A DNA stretch of 53,238 nucleotides, counting the filler, from Sphacelaria rigidula (lineage: Eukaryota), in NCBI GenBank assembly GCA_964200075.2. It is 4 parts of 4 records of this genome, joined end to end, with 100 filler letters (N's around TTAATTAATTAA, not from the genome) between each part and the next. Parts side by side here need not be neighbours in the genome. Positions count along the whole stretch, not along the records: positions 1 to 13,236 come from CAXNAA020003040.1; 3 more parts are not named here. One strand, written 5' to 3'. Position numbers and translations under genes: made by a program. A model generated the notes under the pieces. It searched no databases and was not told where the DNA came from. It was given only the letters and a program-made list of their open reading frames with translations. Below, piece after piece: positions 1-12,090 of the stretch. How positions within the stretch are numbered: the first letter of the stretch is position 1; the number at the start of each line of letters is the position of its first letter.

Positions 1-37
1 TGTCGCACGTCGAAGCGCGAACCGCCTTCCGCACGAG

Positions 38-38
<1 letters not shown>

Positions 39-75
<37 letters not shown>

Positions 76-84
76 TCAGCAGCA
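39..84. repeat. (CAG)n microsatellite
   Basis: About 11 perfect CAG units, one TAT interruption, then 2 more units. Confidence 0.95.
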
Positions 85-825
85 TATTTATTGCCGGTAA
101 ATGTACGTTGCTGGGTGTGGGTCTGAATCAGCGGATGCCGATGCTGCTGCTCTTCATTGTAGACGGTCCACCGGGCGTGGCCATTAACCTGCAACAGTTC
201 CGCGTTTCGACCGTGCGACAATACCCACGCACCTTGCGAGTGATAGCCACCGTGCTGGACAGCGCTGGTACGTCCTACCCGCCGATGGGTCCATGCTTGC
301 TTACTCGGCGAAGTTCTGGGAGATATAGCTGTGCATATCTACTCTGTACTGCTTTATACACTGTAGAAGTTCTGCTTTTCAACAGTAGGGATCAAAGTAT
401 GTGGGAGGGATCACGTTTTAGGCAGGTTCTTGGAAAGTTTTGTTTGGTTTTCGAAAAGTTCAGCTTGGTTCTGAACATATCTTCTGACAAAAACGAAAAA
501 ACATTATGTCACAGAAATTCAATGCTGAATCTGAAATGGCCTGAGACACCCAATTTGAAAATTCGGAAAAAATCCCAAGTTCAAGGTAATGAGGAAATAG
601 CTTCATCACCGAAGCATCAACTGACTTCGCTCAATATCACCATCAAGTGAGTTGATCACCCTGTTATTAGTTCGGTGTAACTACCCAGAGCTAGTTCAAG
701 TTCGAGAAACTTATACGAGCTGTGCCAGCTTCCCCAGTTTCCTGAGTGAACCCGATGTAAGCATATCACCGTGAAGTGTCGACCAACCTGGTGACTCACG
801 GCACCGCCGCTGAATGTAACAAAAA

Positions 826-2661
826 GAGCAATGGACTAGAAAAGGTATACCTTCTCGTTTTTTGCCCAAGAAAGGTACGAAAAATGGCCAAAAACGCGAA
901 AACAGCCAAACACGCCATTTTGACCGTTTTCGCTACGAATTTTTCACGCACATCATTCGGGGGGGCCATTGGCACCCCGGTCTCGAAAAAAAACGGGAAA
1001 AAAACATGTTACTCGAGAGATACGGCCACGCGAAAATGGACGTCTCGCCTTCAGAAACCGCTCACCTTTTGTAGGCCAAATTTCGCCCAGGTATACCTGA
1101 TCTAGGAATTATTTTTCAATCGTACCTTATCTGGGCCACCGATCGGCCGAGAAAGTACCTGTGCTAGGCCATCGCTCTCTAAACTGTACCTGATGCGGCA
1201 CATCGCGCGCAAGGGAGTCTACGCGCCAACTCCAACCATAGCGCCCGCACCTTCGGCTCTTTTCCCGCTCATTTGCCGTTCACGGACGGCACACCGACCA
1301 CGCCTCCTTCTCCCCGGAAATGGTTCTCAAGTCTCTCCGCTATTATTGTTCTGTCTCTAGCTCTCTTTGCGTGACGACCAGTACTGTATCCATTGCTTGA
1401 ACCAACCATCGATGATGCGAAAATCGCCCGTTGGTGGCGGAAGAGCCTAGCTTGACCCTGACACCAGCCCCGAGATCGCAAAAGTACAACAGTGTTCCAC
1501 AACCCACTGGATCACAAGAGACCGACGTGCTGTAAGTTGTGAGTCCACATGTTGTGTCGATAGACGTGATGGGTGTGTTGACCCTTAGACCGCGAGGGTA
1601 GTTCATCTGGATCATGCATACTTTTTTCAAGTGAAGTTGATGCCGATTTAACAGATGACCTTTTCTCGTCATCCAAAGGTTAACCGTTGAGCTACAAATG
1701 TTCATGGATGGTATTACTTGGTATGAGTGTGAACACCGAGAATCGGATCTTTAGTAGGGCTGACAGTCCCGTGTGCTCCTCGCATGCGCAAAACGCATTT
1801 TTGTTGAAACCGACGCCATAGGCGCCGATTTGGGGTCTACCAAGGCCGCATTTTGCCAAGAGAGTGCTATGTACCGCCCTTGCCCGAGGATTCTCGGTAT
1901 GCTTGGGGTTAGGGTTAGGGTAAGGCATCGACACAACATGTGGACTCACAACTTACAGCACGTCGGTCTCTTGTGATCCAGTGGGTTGTGGAACACTGTT
2001 GTACTTTTGCGATCTCGGGGCTGGTGTCAGGGTCAAGCTAGGCTCTTCCGCCACCAACGCGTGATTTTCGCATCATCGATGGTTGGTTCAAGCAATGGAT
2101 ACAGTACTGGTCGTCACGCAAAGAGAGCTAGAGACAGAACAGTAATAGCGGAGAGACTTGAGAACCATTTCCGGGGAGAAGGAGGCGTGGTCGTTGTGCC
2201 GTCCGTGAACGGCAAATGAGCGGGAAAAGAGCCAAAGGTGCGGACGCCATGGTTGGAGTTGGCGCGTAGACTCCGTTGCGCGCGATGTGCCGCATCAGGT
2301 ACAGTTTAGAGAGCGATGGCCTAGCACAGGTACGGTCTCGGCCGATCGGTGGCCCAGAAAAGGTACGATTGAAAAATAATTCCTAGATCAGGTATACCTG
2401 GGCGAAATTTGGCCTACAAAAGGTGAGCGGTTTCTGAAGGCAAGACGTCCGTTTTCGCGTGGCCGTATCTGTCGAGTAACATGTTTCTTTCCCGTTTTTT
2501 TTCGAGACCGGGGTGCCAATGCCCCCCCCGAATGATGTGCGTGAAATATTCGTAGCGAAAACGGTCAAAATGGCGTGTTTGGCTGTTTTCGCGTTTTGGC
2601 CATTTTTCGTACCTTTCTTGGGCAAAAAACGAGAAGGTATACGTTTTCTAGTCCATTGCTC
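826..2661. mobile_element. Foldback / long-TIR non-autonomous DNA transposon (arms 826-1561 and 1927-2661)
   Basis: The ~735-bp arms are near-perfect reverse complements (GAGCAATGGACTAGAAAAGGTATAC...GTATACGTTTTCTAGTCCATTGCTC). Mirrored ORFs 1269-1502(-) and 1986-2219(+) are nearly identical. The same terminus recurs at 26509-26570. Confidence 0.85.
1582..1679. mobile_element. piggyBac-like ~100-bp MITE in the foldback spacer
   Basis: Starts CCCTTAGACCGCGAGGGT and ends AAAGG followed by TTAA. Same family as 51494-51595; carries the GATGCCGATT motif. Confidence 0.7.
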
Positions 2662-3659
2662 AAATATGTATATTAATACGAGGGATTCGGCGGCTTACGC
2701 CGCCACCCTCAATGAGATTGATAGCCAAGGTACATGAGGATCGGTGATCGTTGCTCGCATTAGGTGACGGAACATATCACAGTTTCAAGTACAGTACATT
2801 GCGCTGTGTGCGGATGGTGACACGTGTCACGGGGGCAGGATATGAAGAAGAGTCTTATTGACGTTTGATGATTGTACCTACAGGAACGGGTGAAAGACGA
2901 CCTCCACCGCCGAAGAACACACACGGAGACACGCACTTACGATTAGCACCTACAGCAATGAATAGGAAACATCGTCCACCGCCGACAAACACAGCCGGTG
3001 ACACTCGTACCATCAGCCAAATATTATTGCGCCGCCCACTCACCCGATAACACAAAGACAAGTGTCACGACCATGAGTCCAGTACTATTGCACCGCAAAA
3101 GCGCTCGTAACCGCAGTGATTGTCGACGTTTTGAATCCCACACCACAATAATCAGGCAATATCCGCAACGTGATAGATATGTTGTGTGAAAAACGGAACA
3201 TGTGATGCATACAATCGACAAACAGTGGGGGTCGATCTCCTTCACAACCCACTCAACCACGGATCCCACACCACAGACATTATCTATCGTACGAAGCAGG
3301 GTTCAGAAACAGAAACGAAAACGGCATGCTCCTTGTATCTTTCGAAAACTCGTCTTTTTCAACCCTTTTGGAACCCTCTCGTCCTGTACCCGGGTCGAAG
3401 GCCTCATGATGAAAAGCCCTGACGAAGAGGAAAAGATGAAGACAGAAAAGGCCGACGACCACCATTTTGAAATAAAGCCAAAGAAGATCTTAAATCCAGT
3501 AGCACACGCGACGGGTACAGCAAAAGTGTTCCCGTGGAGAGGTCAGGTGAGGGATGTCTAATCATCCCACGCAACGGATGAAGTGTGTTCAATTGTATCC
3601 ATCGACAAAAATCAGCAAGAAAACTATGAAACATTCCATTTACAAATATCAATAGTGAT

Positions 3660-3900
3660 GCTACGGTAGGGTTGCACTTTTCAAGCGAAAGTGTTTCTCG
3701 GGGTGTTGCGCGGATAATTCTGAGAATCGACATCATTTTCACTTGAAGAAGACTGGATATGATGCCGATTCTCGAAAAGGCCCCTGTGTGCATCTTCATG
3801 TCCTGTCCCCGGAGATTTGGGTTGCACAGTAAGCCCCATATATTTAGGCTCCTACAACACGAGGCCCAGCAACGAAAAACGCAACCCCTATCGTAGCATT
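3660..3900. repeat. Dispersed repeat (GATGCCGATT family); inverted copy ~4920-5160, partial direct copy ~7060-7205
   Basis: Shared GTCCCCGGAGATTTGG(G/A)TTGCAC...CTATCGTAGC block in three places. Confidence 0.8.
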
Positions 3901-4164
3901 GCTCTCAACGGGTTCCCGGGTCTGGTACGGCACATCGGTGAATAGGAGACCTTTTTTTGTTCCACTTGTCACTCGCGCGGGTCTGAAAAAAACGCATTGG
4001 GCGAATATCGTTGCGTCTGAGCTGTGAACCATCAACCATATCTTGGTCAAAAACCGTCAAGAGCAAATGATCACTTTTCCATAGTAAGGTCCGAAAGGGC
4101 CAATTTCGAAAACCCTTGCACACGAAATCCGGTCTACCACACGCCGTCAATTGGCGGAAAAAAT

Positions 4165-4490
4165 ATATGTGCCCCCGGGTGCACCTTGGGTGCACCATCA
4201 AACTTGATGTGTACCCTGGGATAATGGTATAGCTGCTTAGTGCCGCATGACCACTGCCCCGATCGTGGTGCAACTTGGGTCACACTTGAAATCCGAGCAA
4301 GCACAACCAACGCAGGGCAGTGTAGTACAACAGCATCATGATGTTGCACTGTCTCTCATCTCTCACTGCTCGTCGCATGGTCGAGTCTGCGTGACTTCCC
4401 ACTGGCAGCTCGGAAACAAAAAATGCCTTGTGTTGACTATTTCAACACTCAAAATTCTATGCTCGCTTATTCCATGCTCCATCCATGTAT
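4165..4490. repeat. Repeat with a diverged inverted copy at ~6550-6865
   Basis: GCTCGCTTATTCCAT / ATGGAATAAGCGAGC and TGCTTAGTGCCGCATGACCAC / GTGGTCATGCGGCACTAAGCA are reverse complements. Confidence 0.8.
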
Positions 4491-5631
4491 GATTCACACC
4501 GACAAATTAGAGGTATCTCAAACTCGGCCCCCATTATCCTGCTTTATTCGCTGGCTCTGAGTTGTGTACTTCTTCTTCAGCTGAAACTGATCGCGATTCA
4601 TACAAGGACCTGACCTAGCGGCCAAAGGGTCTCATAATCTGATGAATTGGCATCACTTTTACTTGAAAGAATAGAGCAAAACAAACCGGGATACCGGGAG
4701 CCGAGTTTGAGATATCTCTTTTATAAAGGGAAAAGAGGTGCTCATTTGTGTACCCAGAGAGGCACAGAAAATCCAAGGTAGAGAGCGTGGCGTGTACCGG
4801 GACAGACAACATGATGGCGACAACGTGATATTCTACTGTTTGTAAGTAACGCCATTTGCGCCGTGTCATCTCTACAGCATCCGTCCGCTGTTTGAAAAAA
4901 CATGGAGAACGTGTCACAAAGCCATGCTACGATAGGGGTTGCACTTTTTGTTGCTGGGTCAGATTTTTGTAGGAGCCCAAATATATAGGGCTTACTGTGC
5001 AATCCAAATCTCCGGGGACAGGACATGAAGATTAACGCAGGGGCCTTTTCGTGAATCGGCATCAATTTCAGTGTTTTTCGAGTAAAAATGATGCCGATTC
5101 TCAAAATGACCCGTCCAACACCCCGAGAAACATTTTCGCCACAAAAGTGCACCCCTACCGTAACATGGCTCCACACCGAGGGTGGGTCCTCTCTTTCGGC
5201 ACAATTTTCACTTCGAAATGCCCACCCTGGCGGTAGAAAGGGGTCACGCTTCCCGGAGCTTTGGTCGAATGTGATCCTTCAGTTGTCCTGATGGACGAAG
5301 AGAAGAACGCAGCGGGAGGACAGAGAAAAAGACGACGGCACTGTCTGTACTGTTGTTTTATTTGGGCTGCCGTGTACATACAGTACATTGCCATGTGTAC
5401 AGTCCTGTGTGTAGGCCATCACTCACTTTGCTGTAGAGACGGCGCGGCGCACTTGGCGGTACATGGGCGATGGGCTAAACACAAGTAACGATCAGCAGAA
5501 CATGGTATCGCCACCACGATGTCGTCTGTCCCGGCACACGATACACTCTCTACTTCGTTTGTCTGTGCTTTTCCAGGTACACGAAGCAGCACCTACTCTT
5601 TTTCCTTCATAATTTGTCGGTATAAATCATA

Positions 5632-6545
5632 CGAGCTGGGCCAGCAGAATATTCCGCATTTGCATCTCCAACCATAACTCGTCAAGTATACTAGATCAGC
5701 TCGACTTGAGCATATCGCTGTGGACTGCAGACCAACCTGGTGGGCACGGCACCGCCGCTGGTCGATTGGCGAAGTTTTGGCGAGGATATTATTGTACTGC
5801 ATTGAGTACCGGGAACGTCTCGTGTCGTTGCGTGGTAGCGTGTCTGATGACGTTTCGTTTTACGAAATGCGATGGAATCACGGTAGGGAAATGCGCCGCA
5901 CAGGCACGCGTAGACTGGTACTCGTACGAGAACTGTAGTGCTGCAAGATGGCATCAAGGTCGTCAACAGCTCCATCATGGGAGAAAACCTCCCAGCCGAC
6001 GGTCATTTACCACCTTAAGAGGGAGAAGTACTACCTCAAACTGTACTATGCATCCCCCATATGCAAGGCCGTCACCATAATATTGAAACCCTTCGCAACT
6101 CGCGAGGAATGATGCACATAACATATTGCCATATTATGCGCAAACATAAAATGGTCGTGTCGGGATTTGAACTTGTGACGTCTGTGATAAGAGGCGGTTC
6201 TACCAGTTTGACCACCGGGTGCCCGACGAAAAAGTGAATGCTGTGGGTAACTCGATGAGTTAGGTGCTGAAATTTTGACACAACATGCTTATTATAACTA
6301 CGCACAACATTTCCCGAGGTGCTCCGTATTGTTTTTTTTTACGGTGTAATAGCATTTTCCTAGTTTTTCCAGAAATTTCAAATCGCTCCAACTTCCTTTT
6401 TTTTCTTTCTTTTTAATGCACCTCAGGAAATGTTGTGCGTAGTGATAATAAAAATGTTGAGTCAAATTTTCAGTGCCTAACTCTTCAAATTACCAACAGC
6501 ACCGCTAAAAAATACTTAAAAATCACCGTCACCTGGCCCAGCCTG
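5632..6545. mobile_element. TA-flanked non-autonomous TIR element (CGAGCTGGGCCAG TIR; Tc1/mariner-like)
   Basis: TA|CGAGCTGGGCCAGC at the left end, CTGGCCCAGCCTG|TA at the right end. Hairpin with ~85-bp arms (about 6240-6322 and 6418-6502) next to the right end. Confidence 0.65.
6153..6220 (-). mobile_element. tRNA-derived SINE head / tRNA-like remnant
   Basis: Minus strand has A-box-like GTGGTCAAACTGGTAG and B-box-like AGTTCAAATCCCG; no convincing cloverleaf. Confidence 0.45.
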
Positions 6546-8391
6546 TATGTACATGGAGGATGGAATAAGCGAGCATAGAATTTTGAGTTTGAAATAATCA
6601 ACACAAAGCATTTGTGTTTCCGAGCTGGCAGTGATACGTCACGCAGACTCGTCCACGCGACTAGCAGTGAGAGATGAGAGAGACTGCGACATCATGATAC
6701 TGTTGTACTGCACTGCCCTGCGTCGGTTGTGCTTGCTCGGATCTCAAGTGAAGCCAAGTTGCATCACGTTCGGGGTCGTGGTCATGCGGCACTAAGCAGC
6801 CGCACGTGTTATTGCCATTATCCCAGGGTGCACATCAAGGTTGATGGTGCACCCGGGGGCGCATAAAAAAAGAAATCCTGTCAACTGGGAACGGCATATT
6901 TTCCTTTACTGCAACAGCCAATCGTTCCTTCTGCTCGAAGAATTGCACCGCAATGGTTGCAAATTTCATGGTTTGAATCGGACAGAACAGGGTACACTTT
7001 GGCTTGTGATCTTCAAGGAGGGAAACGATGTTGTCTCAAACGCCACAACGCCATCAAAGGATGCCGATTCACGAAGTGGTCCCTGCGTGCAAACTCCATG
7101 TTATAGCCCGGTCCCCGGAGATTTGGGTTGCACCGTAAGCTCCATATATTTGGCCCCTCACCAAAAAAAAAGCCAGGAACAAAAAGTGCAACCACTATCG
7201 TAGCACCGCTTGCTTGTGAATGGGGTTCGGCTGTGCTGTTGTTTTCGCCGCTACTCTCCTTGCCCTTCTGGGCGATGTTTGTGGTTGGGGTTCGTCTGTA
7301 CTCTTTTGTTCCTGCGTGCAGACTACATGTTTGTGGGAGCCCGGTCCCCAAAGTAAAAAAAATATTCGCGGCTTATGGCCGAAAGCATCTCAGAAAAAAG
7401 GGTTCGAGGTCCGCGGCTCATCATGAAGAAGTGGCATCGAAAAAACAGTTCGCAGCTCATCATGAGGCGGCATCCCGAACGGTCAAACGGAACCCTTAGG
7501 AACCCCCCCCCCCTCAGTGCATATGATATGAAATGGATGAAACACCATGCAGAACACTGTCGGGAAAGCGGTGCTCCTGAAACCTCTTGAAGCATATAAT
7601 GAATGGCTGGTGTGGAGTGGTGTGTCAAGGCAGGGGCAGGCTAGGTAGGCTGGTGCCTACGATGATATTCTGGAGCCCGACGCATAAAATGTTTCCAGTT
7701 GAGGAACTCCGCGGCTCATGATAGAAATCAACAAAAAACAGTTGCAACAGGATATGTTCGGGAAACAATACAGCACAGCAACACAATACAAACAGAGCAC
7801 ACGCGAAGCCACATCCAGTCAGCGCCACGCGAGTAGAGACGTCGTGAAAGTTCGCAGCTCAAGATAGCAGAGACGTTCTGTTCTGTACACTGAGAAAGTT
7901 CCCGATTCATTATAATCAAGTAAGAGGAAGTGCTCGCTTCTCAGAGCTTCTGGGGACGTTCTGGGATTCTGACAATAAAAGTAGAAAACGGCGGAGCAAT
8001 TGAAAGGCCTGCATGCGGTGTGAGGTGGACGCACGAAGGGTCTACCGCCACGGCGAGGAAAAACGGCGTGGCGCATATGACACCATGCAGAACACTGCCG
8101 GGAAAGCGATGCTCCCGAAACCTCCTGAAGCGGCATGTCTAGGGAAATGGAGGCGAAAAGGCTGATATGGAAAAAGTTTAAAATCAAGTAATGCTGCCTT
8201 GTCAGGGCTCAAGAGAACGAAATGACCCCGTTTCAGTGTACTCTACAACCAAGTGAGAGCAAAATGCTTGCCTCTCAGAGCTTTTGGGAACGACAGAACG
8301 ACCCCGTTTGGCTGTAATGTAAAAGCAAGCGAAAAAGTGCACCTGTCTGCAGGACTCGCCAACCGCAAAAAAAATCGTATTATCTGTAAAT

Positions 8392-9240
8392 ATGTACATG
8401 TATCATTTCACATTTTTCACCACTTTTGCCGAGTGTTCTCTGGCGGCAAGGTATGTTTTCCTGCGCCTTCTTTCGTGGCGCGCTGAGAAGGGTCAGCCGT
8501 ACATTGCCGTTCAGGTTTGGGTATTATCCGATACCTGTGGCGCGTGATCTGGCCATCGAAAGTTGCTCAAACTGGCTCTTTTTCGCGGGGTGTCGATCTC
8601 AAACCACAAATGCCTTGTCGAGATCATGAAAAAATTGAAACAAGAATCCCGAACCACAGAGAAAAGCCTGTTGAAGATCATGGCAAGCTTCAAACATAAT
8701 TACTTTCGGCGGGGTATTCTTCTCCCCGTGTATCTCTTTGTCGCGTTCTCGTTCATTCGGGAGCACGAACACACCGGTTATGCCACCAATGTCACGAGAG
8801 CGTGAGAGCAAAGGAGTTGAGAAAAATAAAATATTGCCTTGGCCTTAGTCAGCAGCAAACACAAGACCGTGTGATGGGCCGTTGACGAGTTGAACAAAGC
8901 ACAGTAGCACGACAGAAACAAGAATGTTTGGCTGCAGAAACAATCACCCTGTTTCAAAAAAGGCCCGGTGATGTGGGAGCAACAGTGATGTACAATTAAC
9001 ATGTCCAGGATGTTCCACGCATTCCAATTTTTCGGGAGTGCCCCCCGCTGTCATGTCTCTGTGGCACGAGAGCTACTTGGCATTCTGACACCTCGGGAAT
9101 AACACACATGTCCTACAGCGGCGGTTCCGCCGTCGGCCTCCGTTGAAATTCCCATATATATCCCGAACGACAGCCGATAACAGATGCGACATTTTGTACC
9201 GCAACGATCACTACTATACATTGAGATTCAACAGCCTCCC
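8392..9240. repeat. ~850-bp dispersed repeat with decayed coding traces; other copy 13767-14621 in opposite orientation
   Basis: Block-wise reverse-complement similarity along the whole length (e.g. GGAGCACGAACACACCGGTTATGC). Both copies translate to similar peptides interrupted by stops. Confidence 0.8.
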
Positions 9241-9296
9241 TCAACCATGTATTTTCGACTTGCGTCACCCCCGCGAGGCCCGTACCAACCTCCCGG

Positions 9297-9737
9297 AGGG
9301 GAACCTTATATGAATATATGATTCCAAGCCTTTTGTGGGCGGCATTGGCTATCGATAGATTCTACCTGCAATAAACCATTGTTGATAATGTTTATTAATG
9401 GATACCCCCGAATCTATCGTCGGCGAAGGCCATCCATAGATTTTTCCCACAGTTTTTGGTAATGGTATGGCTATCAATAGGTGGCTTACCAAATCTACTG
9501 ATGGCAGCATGGCTGTCGATAGATGGCTCACCAAATATTATGGTGACGGTCATGGCTATCTATAGCTACATCCTAGAATCTAGTGCGGCATATAAGACCC
9601 ATCAATGACCAGTGATCTTGATCTATTACAGGTGCAGAGGGTCATCGATCGACGGTTGCAACATATTGTGTCTTCTCATCAATAAAGCCATTTCACCGTA
9701 TGTTGTGTTCGACTATATATAATGACATATTCCCCCC
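9297..9737. repeat. ~42-43-bp-period degenerate repeat with palindromic CTATCGATAG core
   Basis: Cores near 9349, 9392, 9430, 9471, 9513, 9556, 9599 and 9642. Loose inverted ends GGGGGAA...TTCCCCCC. Confidence 0.6.
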
Positions 9738-9779
9738 GCGTCTGTTGTTGGAGGAGTGGAAAGTTGTTGCGTCTATTGT

Positions 9780-9970
9780 AAAGAGAGTGAAAGGGATCGT
9801 CGAACCCTCCTCGTGATGAAGAGAAAGACAAGCACCCTAGAGTGGAGGTGGAGTACCAGATCGAACTTGAAAGATCCTGTGTTCACTGTCCTCCTGTGTG
9901 ACCCCGGCTGATGCGTACAGATATACCGAAGGTATTGCCTCGCCTCCAGAATAAATGGCGCGACAACATC
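9780..9970 (+). mobile_element. SINE 3' fragment (family of 51817-52145)
   Basis: CTCCTGTGTGACCCCGGCTGATGCG core shared with ~22285, ~32080 and ~52065. Confidence 0.7.
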
Positions 9971-11941
9971 AACACCCACACGAAGCCCTGGCGTGATCCT
10001 CGTACACCATTGCCGGAACCGAGAAGGCCATGGGGGAAGGCGGAACAGCGAGGAATAGATCTCGGAGGTTTTTGTCAAGCTACGGGCGCATTCCTTGTCT
10101 CAAACGATACCTCCCGGCATGCCCTATTCGTATCCGACGGATTAATAGAACTAAATGTCAGAAAGAACAGCGTTAGTTCTGTGTGATTGCGTTCCGGATT
10201 CCAGAATGCAATATGACCGTTGCGCTTGAACACAAATGAGCATTTGTCGTACCAGCTATGGAAAACTACCCGTCGTTAGGCTATCCCCTGCCGTTGTAGA
10301 ATCGAGCGAGTCGTTGGGGGAGGTAGTCATAGACATGGGCTAAAGTCGAAGGCCAATAGAGAGTTTCGGAAGATGTTTTTTTTCAGCATAGAGCCAGAGT
10401 GCAAAGTGAAAGCTTCGAAACTTCATAGTGGACGTTAAAAAGTTCAAAGCGGAGGCTGATGTGGCTTGACGTGATTGTTTTTGTCGCAGTGATTGGCCGC
10501 AGGTTGCCCCGCCACATGTACGATCGACCAGCGTCCACTTCGAAAGTGCATGGGATGGCACAACACTGACTGCATTGTACGCTGCGGCACCGTACGCACC
10601 ATACACCACGCTTTTTCACTGTACCTGCAGTACTTGCAATCCACTACGGGGCACTACAGGACACTGTAGTGCTGTGGTGCTAAAGTTCTGTGCAGGGTAA
10701 AGTACAGTGCAGTACAGATAGTGCAATACAGAACCCTGCAACAGTCAGTGCATTGCGATGCTGTGAACTATTATACTGTACAGCGATACGGTACAGAGAG
10801 TCAGTGGTGCAAACAGTAGTACAGACAGTACGGTACGCAGCACTTTCAAAGAGCAGACCTCGGCGGCATTACCATGCTTTTTCCACATGCCACCCGTAAC
10901 GGTGGTGCAAGACGTTATGATCTCTCACGGGATGGGAATACAGCCAGGTGTAGTACTGCTTGTGCGCTGTAGACTACGAATCGTTCTCACCGTCTTCTTC
11001 CAGCTGAAGCTAGCAAGAATGAGGAACTGCACCCAAGGCAACGTGTACCTGTCGAGCATTTGATTTTTCACGCAACACAACCAAGTGGATTGCTGATACC
11101 ATGGCGGCGTCTGTGAGGTCTTCTGGTTGCGATGCCAAGCTTTTCTACTTCGTAAATGCCCCATTGTGATGAGTACGGCAGTTTTGATGGATGATGAGTG
11201 TCCCATTTTGCTTGTTAAGGTTTATTGACTTTGGACTGGACGTGACCATGGTGGTGAAGGTGGGCGTGGTTGTTCTTTTCTGCTATAAACTCTGAGGAGG
11301 AACAACGGTTTTCAGAGTTAAGCGGTGCAAACGGGACTCTCACTCTGAAAAAGTCGCTTTGAAAAACATTCATAGCGGAAAGTGCACCGTTACCGGCTAT
11401 TTTCCGTTCCACTCTGACTCTTAGATTTGAAAAAAAGTTTTCCGAAACTCTCTAATATCGTTGTTTGTTTCATGCTTCATCGTTTTTACTGACTGTACCA
11501 TGTGCTATTTGAGAGGTGGCATGAAAGCGTGACACTCATTCAGGCGTGACACCGGTCACGTGAATGTTGCCGTCCAACAATAACGCCGTCGATCCACTCT
11601 GGCGAAACGATACGGAACCTACACGAAGTCCGGTGTTGGTGCGAACTCACTGCGCACCAGCCTGAAGACTTTGATAGTATAGTACCGCACGTTACGTGCG
11701 CCAAATGAACAAGTCTGTAGCCCAAACACACGATTATTCCACTAGGTCCGCACAACCGACAACTACCAGCAGGGCCGGCAGTGGCCATATCAGACTGGCA
11801 ACCTGAAATCAACAACTTCGTGGCCGTGGAGACGCTGATGGTTGAACACATGACATATCAACGCGTCGGACAAGTCAACTCAGGTTGACCCCAGTTCGCT
11901 TGTTTCTCCGAAATTCGCTTGGGAGTTAAAGTAATATAACC

Positions 11942-12090
11942 CAGCGGTGCATATTCTGGTCAGGTGAGACATACAACACAACTCAGCGGTGCATGTCTCC
12001 GATCTGGTAGGTTTTAGAACATGATTCAGTGGTGCACATTTTGGCCGGGTCAGTCATCAACATATCCCAGCGGTGTATATTTTGATCGGG
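11942..12090. repeat. Four ~42-bp degenerate tandem units starting CAG(C/T)GGTG(C/T)A
   Basis: Unit starts at 11942, 11984, 12027 and 12068. Confidence 0.7.

Noticed and set aside
776-2625. Duplicated small ORFs in opposite orientation
   Set aside because: By-products of the foldback arms; no recognisable domain
10600-10830. CAGTA/TACTG-rich tract as a structured array
   Set aside because: Low-complexity sequence with no fixed period
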